From Thermoplasmata archaeon (GTDB lineage Archaea; Thermoplasmatota; Thermoplasmata; RBG-16-68-12; JAFNFQ01), in the NCBI GenBank assembly GCA_041489255.1, contig JBGPQV010000014.1, positions 17,304-41,303 on the forward strand: DNA of 24,000 nucleotides. The letters are read 5' to 3'. This document shows, piece by piece, positions 15,829-23,763 of this stretch. Below the pieces are notes generated by a model, which was not told the DNA's origin, did not search any database, and was given only the letters and a program-made list of their open reading frames with translations. Within the stretch, counting starts at the first letter, position 1; each line of letters opens with the position of its first letter. Both the position numbers and the translations under genes were made by a program.

Positions 15829-16545
15829 TCACTGCAAGAGCTCGTAGACTATCCTGTCCGTCTCCTTGCCCTTGCTCCTGCTCTCGGTGATGTGCATCCG
15901 GCCGACCTCTGATGTGTTGCGAAGGTGAGTTCCGCCACAGGGGCAGTAATCGACGTCCTGTATCTTCACGATTCTCAGCCGCCTGATGCCCTTAGGGATG
16001 AGGTCCATGAGCGCCCTGTCGTCGACGCGGTTCTCGACCGCGACGCGGTCTTCCTCGAAGATCGTTACGGGCTTCGCGGCGGTGAACACCTTATTGCACT
16101 CGTCCTCTATCCTCTTCAAGTCCTCCGGGGTGAATGTTGCCGGTTGGAAATCGACGCGCGAATGGTCGGAATGAATCTGGTTGCCAACCGTCCTCGCGCC
16201 GTAGACCTTGAACACGAGGCCGGAGATGACATGCTGGGAGGTGTGCATGCGCATGTGCGCGTACCTCCTGTCCCAGTCGATGACGCCGTGCACCTGCCCT
16301 GATGGCGGGAGCTTGTCCACACAGTGCTTGATGACGCCTTTCTCCTTGGTCACCTTCCAGACCCTCGCCTCCCCGCCATCCCAGCGAAGCAGGCCGGTGT
16401 CCGTCGGCTGGCCTCCCGCCTCCGCGTAGAAAAGGGTCTTGTCGAGGATGATGTGGTCATTTCCTGATTCGATTATGCTGGCATCGAGTTCCCTGAGGTA
16501 GCATGCATCCGCGCTCGGGAAGTAGAGAATCTCGGTGCCGGTCAT
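15829..16545 (-). CDS. alaX: Alanyl-tRNA editing protein AlaX (AlaX-M type)
   Basis: 238 aa with the zinc/editing motifs HMRMHTSQH (HxxxH) and CPCGGTHLRNTSEVG (CxxxH). The N-terminal LFYAEAGGQPTDTG block is typical of the AlaRS editing / threonyl-alanyl SAD fold. Confidence 0.92.
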   Translation of the reverse strand: MTGTEILYFPSADACYLRELDASIIESGNDHIILDKTLFYAEAGGQPTDTGLLRWDGGEARVWKVTKEKGVIKHCVDKLPPSGQVHGVIDWDRRYAHMRMHTSQHVISGLVFKVYGARTVGNQIHSDHSRVDFQPATFTPEDLKRIEDECNKVFTAAKPVTIFEEDRVAVENRVDDRALMDLIPKGIRRLRIVKIQDVDYCPCGGTHLRNTSEVGRMHITESRSKGKETDRIVYELLQ

Positions 16546-16567
16546 TTCTGGTTCACCGCTGGCGGGC

Positions 16568-16574
16568 GATATAC
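16568..16574 (-). promoter_or_regulatory. Candidate TATA box (GTATATC) for leaderless alaX
   Basis: The A/T heptamer lies 23-29 nt upstream of ATG 16545..16543. Confidence 0.45.
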
Positions 16575-16661
16575 AGCGCGGGACTAAACCTTTTCACATG
16601 ACGGCACCTCGCACAATCGGAGAGGAATAGTGACCGGATGAAGCGGCCATGGCGGCCAGAA

Positions 16662-16676
16662 GGCCGCGACGCGGCC
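16662..16676. repeat. Perfect 15-nt GC palindrome GGCCGCG-A-CGCGGCC, within three GCGGCC copies
   Basis: Read directly from the sequence. GCGGCC occurs at 16643, 16652 and 16671, and GCCATGGC at 16646-16653. Confidence 0.6.
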
Positions 16677-16682
16677 TCACGT

Positions 16683-16716
16683 CCTCTTGTTATCCCTAAG
16701 TAGATATAACAGGAGG
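16683..16716. other. 11-bp inverted repeat (one G-T pair) with a 12-nt loop, enclosing a TATA-like GATATAAC
   Basis: cctcttgttat (16683-16693) pairs with ataacaggagg (16706-16716). The loop is ccctaagtagat. Confidence 0.55.
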
Positions 16717-16813
16717 GGGCGTGACCCTTGGCGGGGGAGGTCGATGAACGTGGTGGCTGCCTGAGTGCATCTTGGCCTCGGCATCGGGGGGATGGCAGTT
16801 TCTGAATCAACAG

Positions 16814-17119
16814 ATGTCGTTGGCGCGGAACGGCCAGCGCCTGCATTGACCTCAGGACCCGAGGTATCGGTTGAGAGATTGGTGTCATTTCTTCCAGTGC
16901 AGACCCGTCTCTAATCGATTCACACTTGGATGTCGTGGTTCGCGACCCGAATCGACTTCGTCCAGGGCGGCCGGGAAATCGATGCGGCAAGCCGGCACAA
17001 CCGCCAGAGATGTCTGGGTGCGAGGTCGTCGCGCACCGATCATGTCGCGACGCGAGCACACAGGAGATGAGCCCGAACCGAATCCTGCCGGAATGTCGCG
17101 GACACCGCCGATGTCGCGG
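16814..17119. repeat. Dispersed motif ATGTCG[CT]G[GA] (6 copies, 3 strong) carrying the array core in inverted orientation
   Basis: Strong copies are ATGTCGCGA at 17042, ATGTCGCGG at 17093 and ATGTCGCGG at 17111. Weaker copies are ATGTCGTTGG at 16814, ATGTCGTGG at 16920 and ATGTCTGGG at 17010. TCGCGG is the reverse complement of the CCGCGA core of the 21-bp array. Confidence 0.5.
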
Positions 17120-17127
17120 CGGGCGTC

Positions 17128-17459
17128 GTCTCGACCGCGAAGGACAGTTTCTCAACCGAGAAGAATAATCTCTCGATGCGCATGGATTTCATCTCTGTCG
17201 GGCTGAGTCCGCGCTCAACCGGGAAGAAATGTTTCTACAGAGAAAGATTCCTTCCGCACCGCGAAGAGATCCTTCTCAACCGCGAAACATTTCTTCCGGA
17301 CAGAGAAAGGCACCGTGCGCGTTGAACCATGACCAGGGAACCTTCGAGAAGACGTCTTTCTCGACAGCGAAAGCCGATTCTGCCTTCCCATGCTCCTTCT
17401 CGACCGCGAAAGAGTCCTTCTCAACCGCGAAGGAGTCCGTCCAGACCGCGAAGGACTCC
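17128..17459. repeat. Degenerate 21-bp direct tandem array, about 16 unit lengths; consensus TTCTC[AG]ACCGCGAA[AG]GAGTCC
   Basis: The best units start at 17128, 17149, 17252, 17273, 17358, 17397, 17418 and 17439. The last three are ttctcgaccgcgaaagagtcc, ttctcaaccgcgaaggagtcc and gtccagaccgcgaaggactcc. Partial units start at 17212, 17233, 17294 and 17336. Degenerate units start at 17170, 17191, 17315 and 17379. Unit lengths are 21 nt except for 19, 22 and 18. Confidence 0.8.
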
Positions 17460-17712
17460 GTGCGCACGCCCCACTCCCTAGAAGGTCCCTGGGACATCCA
17501 CGCAATCGGCTGTCTCTCGGTGCCCTTCCATCGGAGGAATCTTGAAACGCTTCCCTCAGCAGGCACGTCACAGTGATCAGCCTTTGTATCTCGTCGAATC
17601 GCAGAATGCATTGCGAATGTGAGGATGTCCGCATTCGGGATTCCCTGGAGGTGAAACCATTAATATTCAAGAACTATGATGGTCTCGACAATCTTACGGA
17701 GGATTACCTCGA

Positions 17713-17970
17713 GTGAGGGGAAAGGAGGATACGCCCGATGCGACTGCTTCCGCACTGGATAGATGGAGAGCATGGGCGGTGGTGTTTCTCATCGGAGGTT
17801 TGTCGGCAACTATCGGGTTCTTCATGTGGCTGGTCCTCTGGATTCAAACGCCGCTATCACCCAGCTTCGAGAGGAGCCGTGTCCCAATTGGAGCATTGCT
17901 GATAAGCGGACTTGTCTTTGGAGTATACTTGGTTGCGCGGTCTCTCCAGTGGTACAGGAGGGCAGAGTAG
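17713..17970 (+). CDS. Hypothetical small membrane protein (2 TM helices)
   Basis: 85 aa with TM stretches WAVVFLIGGLSATIGFFMWLVLWI and IGALLISGLVFGVYLVA. GGAGGA lies 11 nt upstream of GTG 17713, and an ATTAATATTC box sits at 17659-17668. Confidence 0.5.
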   Translation: MRGKEDTPDATASALDRWRAWAVVFLIGGLSATIGFFMWLVLWIQTPLSPSFERSRVPIGALLISGLVFGVYLVARSLQWYRRAE

Positions 17971-17983
17971 CGCGCGCAATCGC

Positions 17984-19129
17984 CTAGCTTCCCCTCAATA
18001 GGCTCCTCGCAATGACCAGCCTCTGTATCTCGCTCGTCCCCTCGTACAGCTCCGTGATCTTCTGATCCCTGAAGTACCTCTCGACCGGGTAGTCCTTGAC
18101 GAAACCATACCCGCCATGGATCTGAAGCGCCTGGTCGACTATGCGCTTGCACGCCTCCGAGGCGAACAGCTTCGCCATGCTCGACTCCGTCGTGTGCTTC
18201 ATCCCCTGGTCCTTCATCCAGCACGCCCGATGAGTGAGCAGCCTGGCTGCATCTATCTGGGTGGCCATGTCGGCCAGCTTGAATTGGATGGCTTGCAAGT
18301 TGCTTATTGGCCCGCCAAAGGCCTTCCTTTCCTTGGAGTACTTGATGGCGGCCTCCATGGCGGCCTGAGCGATGCCAAGCGCCTGCGACGCAATCCCGAT
18401 CCTACCCACGTCCAGCGTCGCCATCGCGATCTTGAAACCCTCGCCCCTCGTGCCCAGCAGGTGGTCCTCAGGGATCCTGCAGTCATCGAAGGCGATGAGC
18501 TCGGTGTCTGAGGCCCTGATGCCCAGCTTGTTCTCCTTCTTGACGCGCTGGTACCCTGGAGATGAATCCGGGACGATGAAGGCGGAAATCCCCTTCGGCC
18601 CCGTGCCCGGATCAGTCCGCGCGTAGGTGATGAGGAGCTTCGCCATGTAGCCGTTCGTCACGAAGATCTTGGAGCCGTTGAGGTGCCATTCCCCGCCCTT
18701 GAGCTCGGCGGTCGATGTGAGGGCGGCGGCATCGGAGCCCGCCCCGGGCTCGGTCAATGCGTACGCCCCGACCCACTCCCCGCTCGCCACCTTCGTTAGG
18801 TAGTCCTTCTTCTGTTTCTCGGTCCCCCATTTGTACAGGGGCTCGCAGGCCAGGCCGTTGTTCACACCGAGCATGACGCCCGCGGAGGCGTCTATTCGGG
18901 AAATCTCCTCGATCGCGATCGAGTAGGAGATGTAGTCGAGGCCCGCCCCGCCAAGCTCCGTCGGGATTGCCATGCCCGTGAGGCCCATCTCCGCCATCTT
19001 CTTCATCCAATGCACCGGCGTCTCCTGGACCTCGTCGTAGTGCGCGCTCTCAGGCGCAAGTTCCTTCTCGGCAAACTCCCTGACAGACTTCTTGATCATC
19101 TGATGGGTCTCGTTGTATTCGAACTCCAT
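17984..19129 (-). CDS. Acyl-CoA dehydrogenase (short/medium-chain, butyryl-CoA dehydrogenase-like)
   Basis: 381 aa with full-length ACAD architecture. Matching blocks include ALTEPGAGSDAA, GSKIFVTNG, ALGIAQAAMEAAIKYSKERKAFG, QAIQFKLADMAT and the C-terminal IYEGTSEIQRLVIAR-like YEGTSEIQRLVIARSLL. Confidence 0.95.
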   Translation of the reverse strand: MEFEYNETHQMIKKSVREFAEKELAPESAHYDEVQETPVHWMKKMAEMGLTGMAIPTELGGAGLDYISYSIAIEEISRIDASAGVMLGVNNGLACEPLYKWGTEKQKKDYLTKVASGEWVGAYALTEPGAGSDAAALTSTAELKGGEWHLNGSKIFVTNGYMAKLLITYARTDPGTGPKGISAFIVPDSSPGYQRVKKENKLGIRASDTELIAFDDCRIPEDHLLGTRGEGFKIAMATLDVGRIGIASQALGIAQAAMEAAIKYSKERKAFGGPISNLQAIQFKLADMATQIDAARLLTHRACWMKDQGMKHTTESSMAKLFASEACKRIVDQALQIHGGYGFVKDYPVERYFRDQKITELYEGTSEIQRLVIARSLLRGS

Positions 19130-19192
19130 GACCTTGGCCCCGCGGCTGGAAAGAGGCCTTCTTTAATAATCCTTACCCTGATGGTCGGGGAC

Positions 19193-20221
19193 TCAAGGAT
19201 TAGACTTGATAGGAGCGGGCAATTGCGAAGCAGAGCCATTCGCCTTCATTCCAAGACGGGTTTTGAGCCACGTCAGGCTTTTTCCCCGCCATGAGCCAGC
19301 CGGACTGCCGCGCGATGGCTCCCTGGCACGGTCAGCAGCATGTGCGCGGAAGGCGGAGACGTCTATTCCAGACAGCCGCTGAACGACGGCTCTGGCTCCA
19401 CTTATTGGGCGCGCCCGAGCCTCCTGTTGCATCCCAAGGCCAGGGATGCGGTAGCGGCGCTCGAGCCAGGCGGCAACTTTCGCTATCGGGACCGTCATGA
19501 GCAGATAGAGAATCGTGACCATCACATAAACCTCAACGAATTTGCCGCCGAACGAAAGGACGCGAGCAGCGTCCGTCAGTTCATGGACGCCGATGACCGA
19601 TAGAAGCGCGGAGGCTTTCAGCATCAAAATGAATTCATTGGTGAGCGGCGGGATGACGACGCGCACCGCTTGCGGGAGGATGACCGTCCGCATCGCGCCC
19701 CAGTATCCGAGTCCGACCGACTTCGCGGCCTCCACCTGGCCAACCGGGACTGACTGCAGGCCGGCGCGGAATATCTCAGCCTGGTAAGCGCCCGTGTTTA
19801 TCATCATCGCGAGGAAACCGGTCAGGCGCAGCCGGTCAAATGACGAGAGATTTCCGGGACTGTAGAAGCTGAAGATCGCGAACAGCAAGTAGAGCTGGAC
19901 GAGAAAAGGCGTGCCGCGAATCGACTCGACCCAGCCCGTCGCCAAGGCGCGGACGGGCAGGAACCTGAGCGTCCGAAGCCAGCCCAGAAAGAAGCCTATC
20001 CCCATCCCGACAAGATAAGATCCTATCGTTATCAGGAGGGTGAGGCTCGCCGGGCCCAGCAGGCTCGGGAACGCCCTCAGGATGTATGCCACGTCGATCG
20101 GACTGCTGTTGTTCAGCAGATACAGCAAACCGCCAATGAGCAAGACGATGATGAGCACTGCCGCTACTTTCTCTCCTATCTGCTCGATACGAGGTCGCAG
20201 GGGCGGAGTTTCGGATTCCAT
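19193..20221 (-). CDS. Polar amino-acid ABC transporter permease (HisM/GlnP family) with a non-conserved 79-aa C-terminal tail
   Basis: The permease core includes IESIRGTPFLVQL and the EAA-like loop EAAKSVGLGYWGAMRTVILPQA. The protein would normally end near ERRYRIPGLG, but the frame stays open to 19193. Confidence 0.85.
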   Translation of the reverse strand: MESETPPLRPRIEQIGEKVAAVLIIVLLIGGLLYLLNNSSPIDVAYILRAFPSLLGPASLTLLITIGSYLVGMGIGFFLGWLRTLRFLPVRALATGWVESIRGTPFLVQLYLLFAIFSFYSPGNLSSFDRLRLTGFLAMMINTGAYQAEIFRAGLQSVPVGQVEAAKSVGLGYWGAMRTVILPQAVRVVIPPLTNEFILMLKASALLSVIGVHELTDAARVLSFGGKFVEVYVMVTILYLLMTVPIAKVAAWLERRYRIPGLGMQQEARARPISGARAVVQRLSGIDVSAFRAHAADRAREPSRGSPAGSWRGKSLTWLKTRLGMKANGSASQLPAPIKSNP

Positions 20222-20224
20222 GTT

Positions 20225-20950
20225 TCACTCCAGTACCTTAGCGACGAAAGCCTTCGTGCGTTCCTGGCGGGGATTGACGAGCACTTCCTCCGGCGTCCCC
20301 TCTTCTATGATCCGCCCGTCGTCCATGAAGACAACGCGCTTGGCCACGTTTCTGGCGAACCCCATCTCATGGCTCACAACAACCATCGTCATCCCATCGC
20401 GCGCGAGCTGCGTGATGACGTCGAGCACTTCCTTGATGTACTCCGGGTCAAGGGCGCTTGTCGGCTCGTCGAACAACACCGCTTTGGGATCCATGGCGAC
20501 GGCACGCGCTATCGCAACGCGCTGCTGTTGACCGCCGGATAGCTCGGCGGGATAGGAATCGTATTTCTCTCCGAGACCAACTCGCTCGAGCAATTCCTTC
20601 CCCTTTTTCTCAGCCTGCTCGCGCGAGAGCCCCATTACCTTCCGCAGCCCCAGGGTCACATTTTCCAGTGCTGTCAAATGGGAGAATAGGTTGAACTGCT
20701 GGAAAACCATCCCGACCTGCTGGCGGACCCATTCAGGTCTGATTTTCGGTGCGTTGACTTTTACCCCCTCGATGAAGACGCTCCCTTTATCAGGCGTGAC
20801 TAGTAGGTTGATGCACCTCAGGAGGGTGCTCTTTCCAGAGCCGCTCGGCCCGACCACCACGAGCACGTCTCCCTTCTCCACCGACAGGCTGACGCCCTTC
20901 AGGACGTGCAGCGAGCCGAACCACTTGTGAAGTCCTTCCACGCGTATCAA
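20225..20950 (-). CDS. Polar amino-acid ABC transporter ATP-binding protein (GlnQ/HisP-like)
   Basis: 241 aa with Walker [10 protein letters not shown], the Q-loop, the [14 protein letters not shown] signature, Walker [12 protein letters not shown] and an H-loop SHEM. It overlaps the upstream permease gene by 4 nt. Confidence 0.95.
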   Translation of the reverse strand: MIRVEGLHKWFGSLHVLKGVSLSVEKGDVLVVVGPSGSGKSTLLRCINLLVTPDKGSVFIEGVKVNAPKIRPEWVRQQVGMVFQQFNLFSHLTALENVTLGLRKVMGLSREQAEKKGKELLERVGLGEKYDSYPAELSGGQQQRVAIARAVAMDPKAVLFDEPTSALDPEYIKEVLDVITQLARDGMTMVVVSHEMGFARNVAKRVVFMDDGRIIEEGTPEEVLVNPRQERTKAFVAKVLE

Positions 20951-21801
20951 AACGCCACGCTCCCGAGCCCAGGGACTCGATACGATTGCTCAACCGCCCC
21001 GACCGCCTGGGTGACCATGTAGGTGACAACGAAGTAGACCAAGGCTATGATCAGCCACGCGAGCATCACCCACTCGATCGAACCGAGTCTCAAGAGTCCC
21101 AGCTCGCTCTGCTTTCCCCAGTAAGCGAGGTCGGTCGCACCGACAATCGAGAGCAGAGAGGAATCCTTGATCACGAGTGCGAACTCATTGCCGAGGGCGG
21201 GGAGGGTCACCCTGAACGTCTGCGGGAGGATCACATTCGCCATGACCTGACCTTTTGACAGACCGACTGCCTCTCCCGCCTCGATCTGCCCTCGGGCAAC
21301 CGCTTGGAAGCCCGCCCGGAATATCTCTGCTTGATAGGCGCCTGTGTGCATCGCGAGGGCAAGGGCCGCAAACGCAAGTCCAGACTCAAAACTGGCGCCG
21401 GCGAACAGACTGGGTATCCAGAAAAACGCGAACAATATCAATACCAATGGCGGTACTCCCCGAATGAAGTCCACGTACAGCGTTGCAGGCCAGGAGATTA
21501 TCGGATGGCGGGAAAAGCGCGCCCACCCGACTGTGAAGCCGATGCCCAGACCCAGAGGGATGATAGTCAGTGAGAGAATTATCGTGTTCCTCGCGCCGTC
21601 GACAAGAGGGAGTTCGAGAAGCTGCCAGAGATTCGGGTCGAGAGCCTTTGTCGCCCGTGCCACGGCCAGGATGGTCAGGAGCACTATGACGACGGAGACG
21701 GCAAATACGGCCCGGGAGAGGCGGGGATGAGTCATGATCCAGCGGCGGACGCGGCTCGGTCCGCGAACGGATCGAAGCTCGCCATTCCGGTCCGCGCTCA
21801 T
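20947..21801 (-). CDS. Polar amino-acid ABC transporter permease
   Basis: Contains [14 protein letters not shown] and the EAA loop [22 protein letters not shown], and ends with [11 protein letters not shown]. The true start may be the internal MTHPRLS. Confidence 0.88.
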   Translation of the reverse strand: MSADRNGELRSVRGPSRVRRWIMTHPRLSRAVFAVSVVIVLLTILAVARATKALDPNLWQLLELPLVDGARNTIILSLTIIPLGLGIGFTVGWARFSRHPIISWPATLYVDFIRGVPPLVLILFAFFWIPSLFAGASFESGLAFAALALAMHTGAYQAEIFRAGFQAVARGQIEAGEAVGLSKGQVMANVILPQTFRVTLPALGNEFALVIKDSSLLSIVGATDLAYWGKQSELGLLRLGSIEWVMLAWLIIALVYFVVTYMVTQAVGAVEQSYRVPGLGSVAF

Positions 21802-21854
21802 CCTCCTCCGGGCTGACCACTACCTTCGGCGTATGCCGGGATGTCCCGCCAATC

Positions 21855-22718
21855 CTATCTTAGCTTGTTCAGTATCTGCGCGTAGGTTCCATCATCCCGC
21901 ATCGCTTTCAGGGCACTGTTGATGCCTGCAATCAGGTGAAGGGGGTCACCGTCTGCGACCGCGAACCCGTACAGCTCGTTCGTCTCTATCGTGCCGGCGA
22001 TCCTCAGGTTCGGATTGCCCGCAACGTAGCTCTGTGCTATGGGCTTGTCGACCAAGACCCAGTCCACCTGGCCGTTGAGAAGCTCGGTGATCACGGTGTT
22101 GACGCTGGGGAAGCTCGTCCACATGGTATCCGGTGTCTTGTGAGTGTCGATGAGGTTGCCTTGCACCCAATAGTAGCTCGTGGTCAGGGTCTGCGTCGCC
22201 ACAGTGTGGTTCGCCAGTTCGTCTATGGTACACTCCGAAGCTGCACAGGTGACCGCCGTCGACCCCGTCTTGACCAGCACGGCCTGGTCCGCCTCGTAGT
22301 AGGGGTCTGAGAAGTCGAAAGACGAATTCCTGTCGGCACCAACTGAGCCGGACATGGTGATCGATGAGGCGCCTATGTCCACGCGCTTGAACTTCACGGC
22401 GGCCAGCAGGGCATCCCATTCCTGGAAGTCGCGCCATTCGATGACCCAGCCGTTGCGCGTCCCGATCTCGTTCACCAAGTCGATATCGATGCCCTCGAGG
22501 TTTCCGTTCGTGGTGTTCCTCATTTCCATGGGGGGGAACGGCGTGTTCGTCCCCACGACGATCGAGGTCTTCTCCTTGACCCATCCGAACAGGGGAGCGC
22601 CCGCCAACCCACCCATCACGAAGCCAATCACGAGAAAGATCACGGCTATCACCGCCAACGTCGAACCTTTCGCCCCCTTCCTCAGCGCTGCCGGGGGCGG
22701 TACTTGTCCTTCGGCCAT
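21855..22718 (-). CDS. Amino-acid ABC transporter substrate-binding protein (family 3 SBP) with an N-terminal membrane anchor
   Basis: The TM anchor is LAVIAVIFLVIGFVMGGLAGAPLF. It is followed by the SBP_bac_3 pattern VVGTNTPFPPMEM...GIDIDLVNEI...VDIGASSITMS...FSDPYY. Confidence 0.9.
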   Translation of the reverse strand: MAEGQVPPPAALRKGAKGSTLAVIAVIFLVIGFVMGGLAGAPLFGWVKEKTSIVVGTNTPFPPMEMRNTTNGNLEGIDIDLVNEIGTRNGWVIEWRDFQEWDALLAAVKFKRVDIGASSITMSGSVGADRNSSFDFSDPYYEADQAVLVKTGSTAVTCAASECTIDELANHTVATQTLTTSYYWVQGNLIDTHKTPDTMWTSFPSVNTVITELLNGQVDWVLVDKPIAQSYVAGNPNLRIAGTIETNELYGFAVADGDPLHLIAGINSALKAMRDDGTYAQILNKLR

Positions 22719-22740
22719 GGCGGCAATATCCTACAGTCTC

Positions 22741-22752
22741 TATATATTAATT
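22741..22752 (-). promoter_or_regulatory. Candidate TATA box (AATTAATATATA) for the ABC transporter operon, leaderless
   Basis: A strong A/T 12-mer lies 23-34 nt upstream of ATG 22718. Confidence 0.5.
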
Positions 22753-22882
22753 CTGACGGAGGCAATCCTCCCCCGGTCTACTCTGCAGGCTGATGACGGT
22801 TTCTGCAACACTGCCCATCGATTGACAGTCCAAATGCCAAGAGTCAAATATCAACTCCACTTAGGACAGCAAAGGTGCGATA

Positions 22883-23665
22883 ATGCCCATATTCCAGAAG
22901 GCCGGCGAGGCGGACGTAACCAGGGCAATCCTGGCCGGATTCACACGTGACTTTGAGGAGTACGCTGAGACCGAGGTCATCATAATCGGCGGCGGGCCGA
23001 GCGGGCTCATGGCCGCGCGCGACCTCGCGAGGAAGAAAGTCAAGGTCGTCGTCATGGAGAGGAACAACTACCTCGGCGGCGGCTTCTGGATCGGCGGCTT
23101 CCTGATGAACACCATCACGGTCAGGGCGCCCGCCCAGAAGGTCCTGGACGAGATCGGGTGTCCATACAAGGAATTCACCAAGAATCTCTACGTCACCCCG
23201 GGTCCCCATGCCTGCAGCAAGCTGATCGCGGCTGCCTGCGACGCCGGCGCGAAGATACAGAACATGACCTCGTTCGAGGACGTCGTCATCCGCGAGAAGA
23301 ACAGGGTCGGCGGCGTCGTCATCAACTGGACGCCCGTCCACACGCTGCCTCGCGAGATCACCTGCGTGGACCCGATAGCCCTCGAGTGCAAAGTCGTGAT
23401 CGACGCGACCGGACACCAGGCGGAGGTCATGCAGTCCCTGAAGAAGCGCGGACTCGCGAAGATAATCGGCGAGGGCGGCATGTGGGTCGAGAAGTCAGAG
23501 GACGCTGTCGTCGAGCACACCGGCGTCGCCTATCCCGGCGTCATCGTGGCGGGGATGGCGGTTTCAGCCACCTACGGCCTGCCCCGCATGGGCCCGACCT
23601 TCGGCGCGATGCTCCTGAGCGGGAAGAGGGCCGCAGAGGCGGCGCTCAAGGAAATCGGCAAGTAG
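22883..23665 (+). CDS. thi4: Thiazole synthase Thi4 (archaeal type)
   Basis: 260 aa with the FAD/NAD fold [18 protein letters not shown], then [25 protein letters not shown] and [29 protein letters not shown], all typical of Thi4/THI1. AGGTG lies 7 nt upstream of the ATG. Confidence 0.92.
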   Translation: MPIFQKAGEADVTRAILAGFTRDFEEYAETEVIIIGGGPSGLMAARDLARKKVKVVVMERNNYLGGGFWIGGFLMNTITVRAPAQKVLDEIGCPYKEFTKNLYVTPGPHACSKLIAAACDAGAKIQNMTSFEDVVIREKNRVGGVVINWTPVHTLPREITCVDPIALECKVVIDATGHQAEVMQSLKKRGLAKIIGEGGMWVEKSEDAVVEHTGVAYPGVIVAGMAVSATYGLPRMGPTFGAMLLSGKRAAEAALKEIGK

Positions 23666-23763
23666 CGAGCGATGCTCGGTGTCCCGTCCAGTCACCGCGT
23701 CTGCAAGCGGAGCCAGCGCTTATCTACGCATTCGGCGATTGCCGCAATGGAGTCGAATTGACA

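Noticed and set aside
16893-16899. Replication origin: TCCAGTG resembles the core of archaeal ORB elements, and the inverted repeat blocks resemble an origin layout.
   Set aside because: There is only one 7-mer match, which is plausible by chance. No A/T-rich unwinding element and no orc1/cdc6 gene occur in the window. I keep it only as an alternative hypothesis to test by marker-frequency analysis.
17128-17459. CRISPR array interpretation of the tandem repeats.
   Set aside because: The 21-nt period has no unique spacers between repeats. The units are contiguous and degenerate, and no cas genes or leader lie in the window.
16553-17670. Track ORFs inside the gene-free island: 16553..17155(-) 200 aa, 16871..17206(+), 16926..17168(+), 17215..17670(-), 17229..17576(+) and 17276..17611(-).
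   Set aside because: They overlap one another in several frames on both strands. They are extremely Arg/Ser/Cys-rich and have no recognisable domains or convincing start context. The repeat-encoded heptads switch frame between them. I treat them as non-coding or, at most, decayed.
16546-17712. SRP (7S) RNA, tRNA or another standard ncRNA filling the gap.
   Set aside because: I found no GGAAGG[AG]AGCA helix-8 motif on either strand, no GTTC[GA]AATC T-loop with flanking stems, and no cloverleaf. A covariance-model scan is still needed to be sure.
22753-22882. TPP riboswitch upstream of thi4.
   Set aside because: The leader lacks the conserved CUGAGA and ACCUGAUCUGGAUAAUGCCAGCG-like elements. 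The spacer is explained by two divergent promoters and an AGGTG ribosome-binding site.
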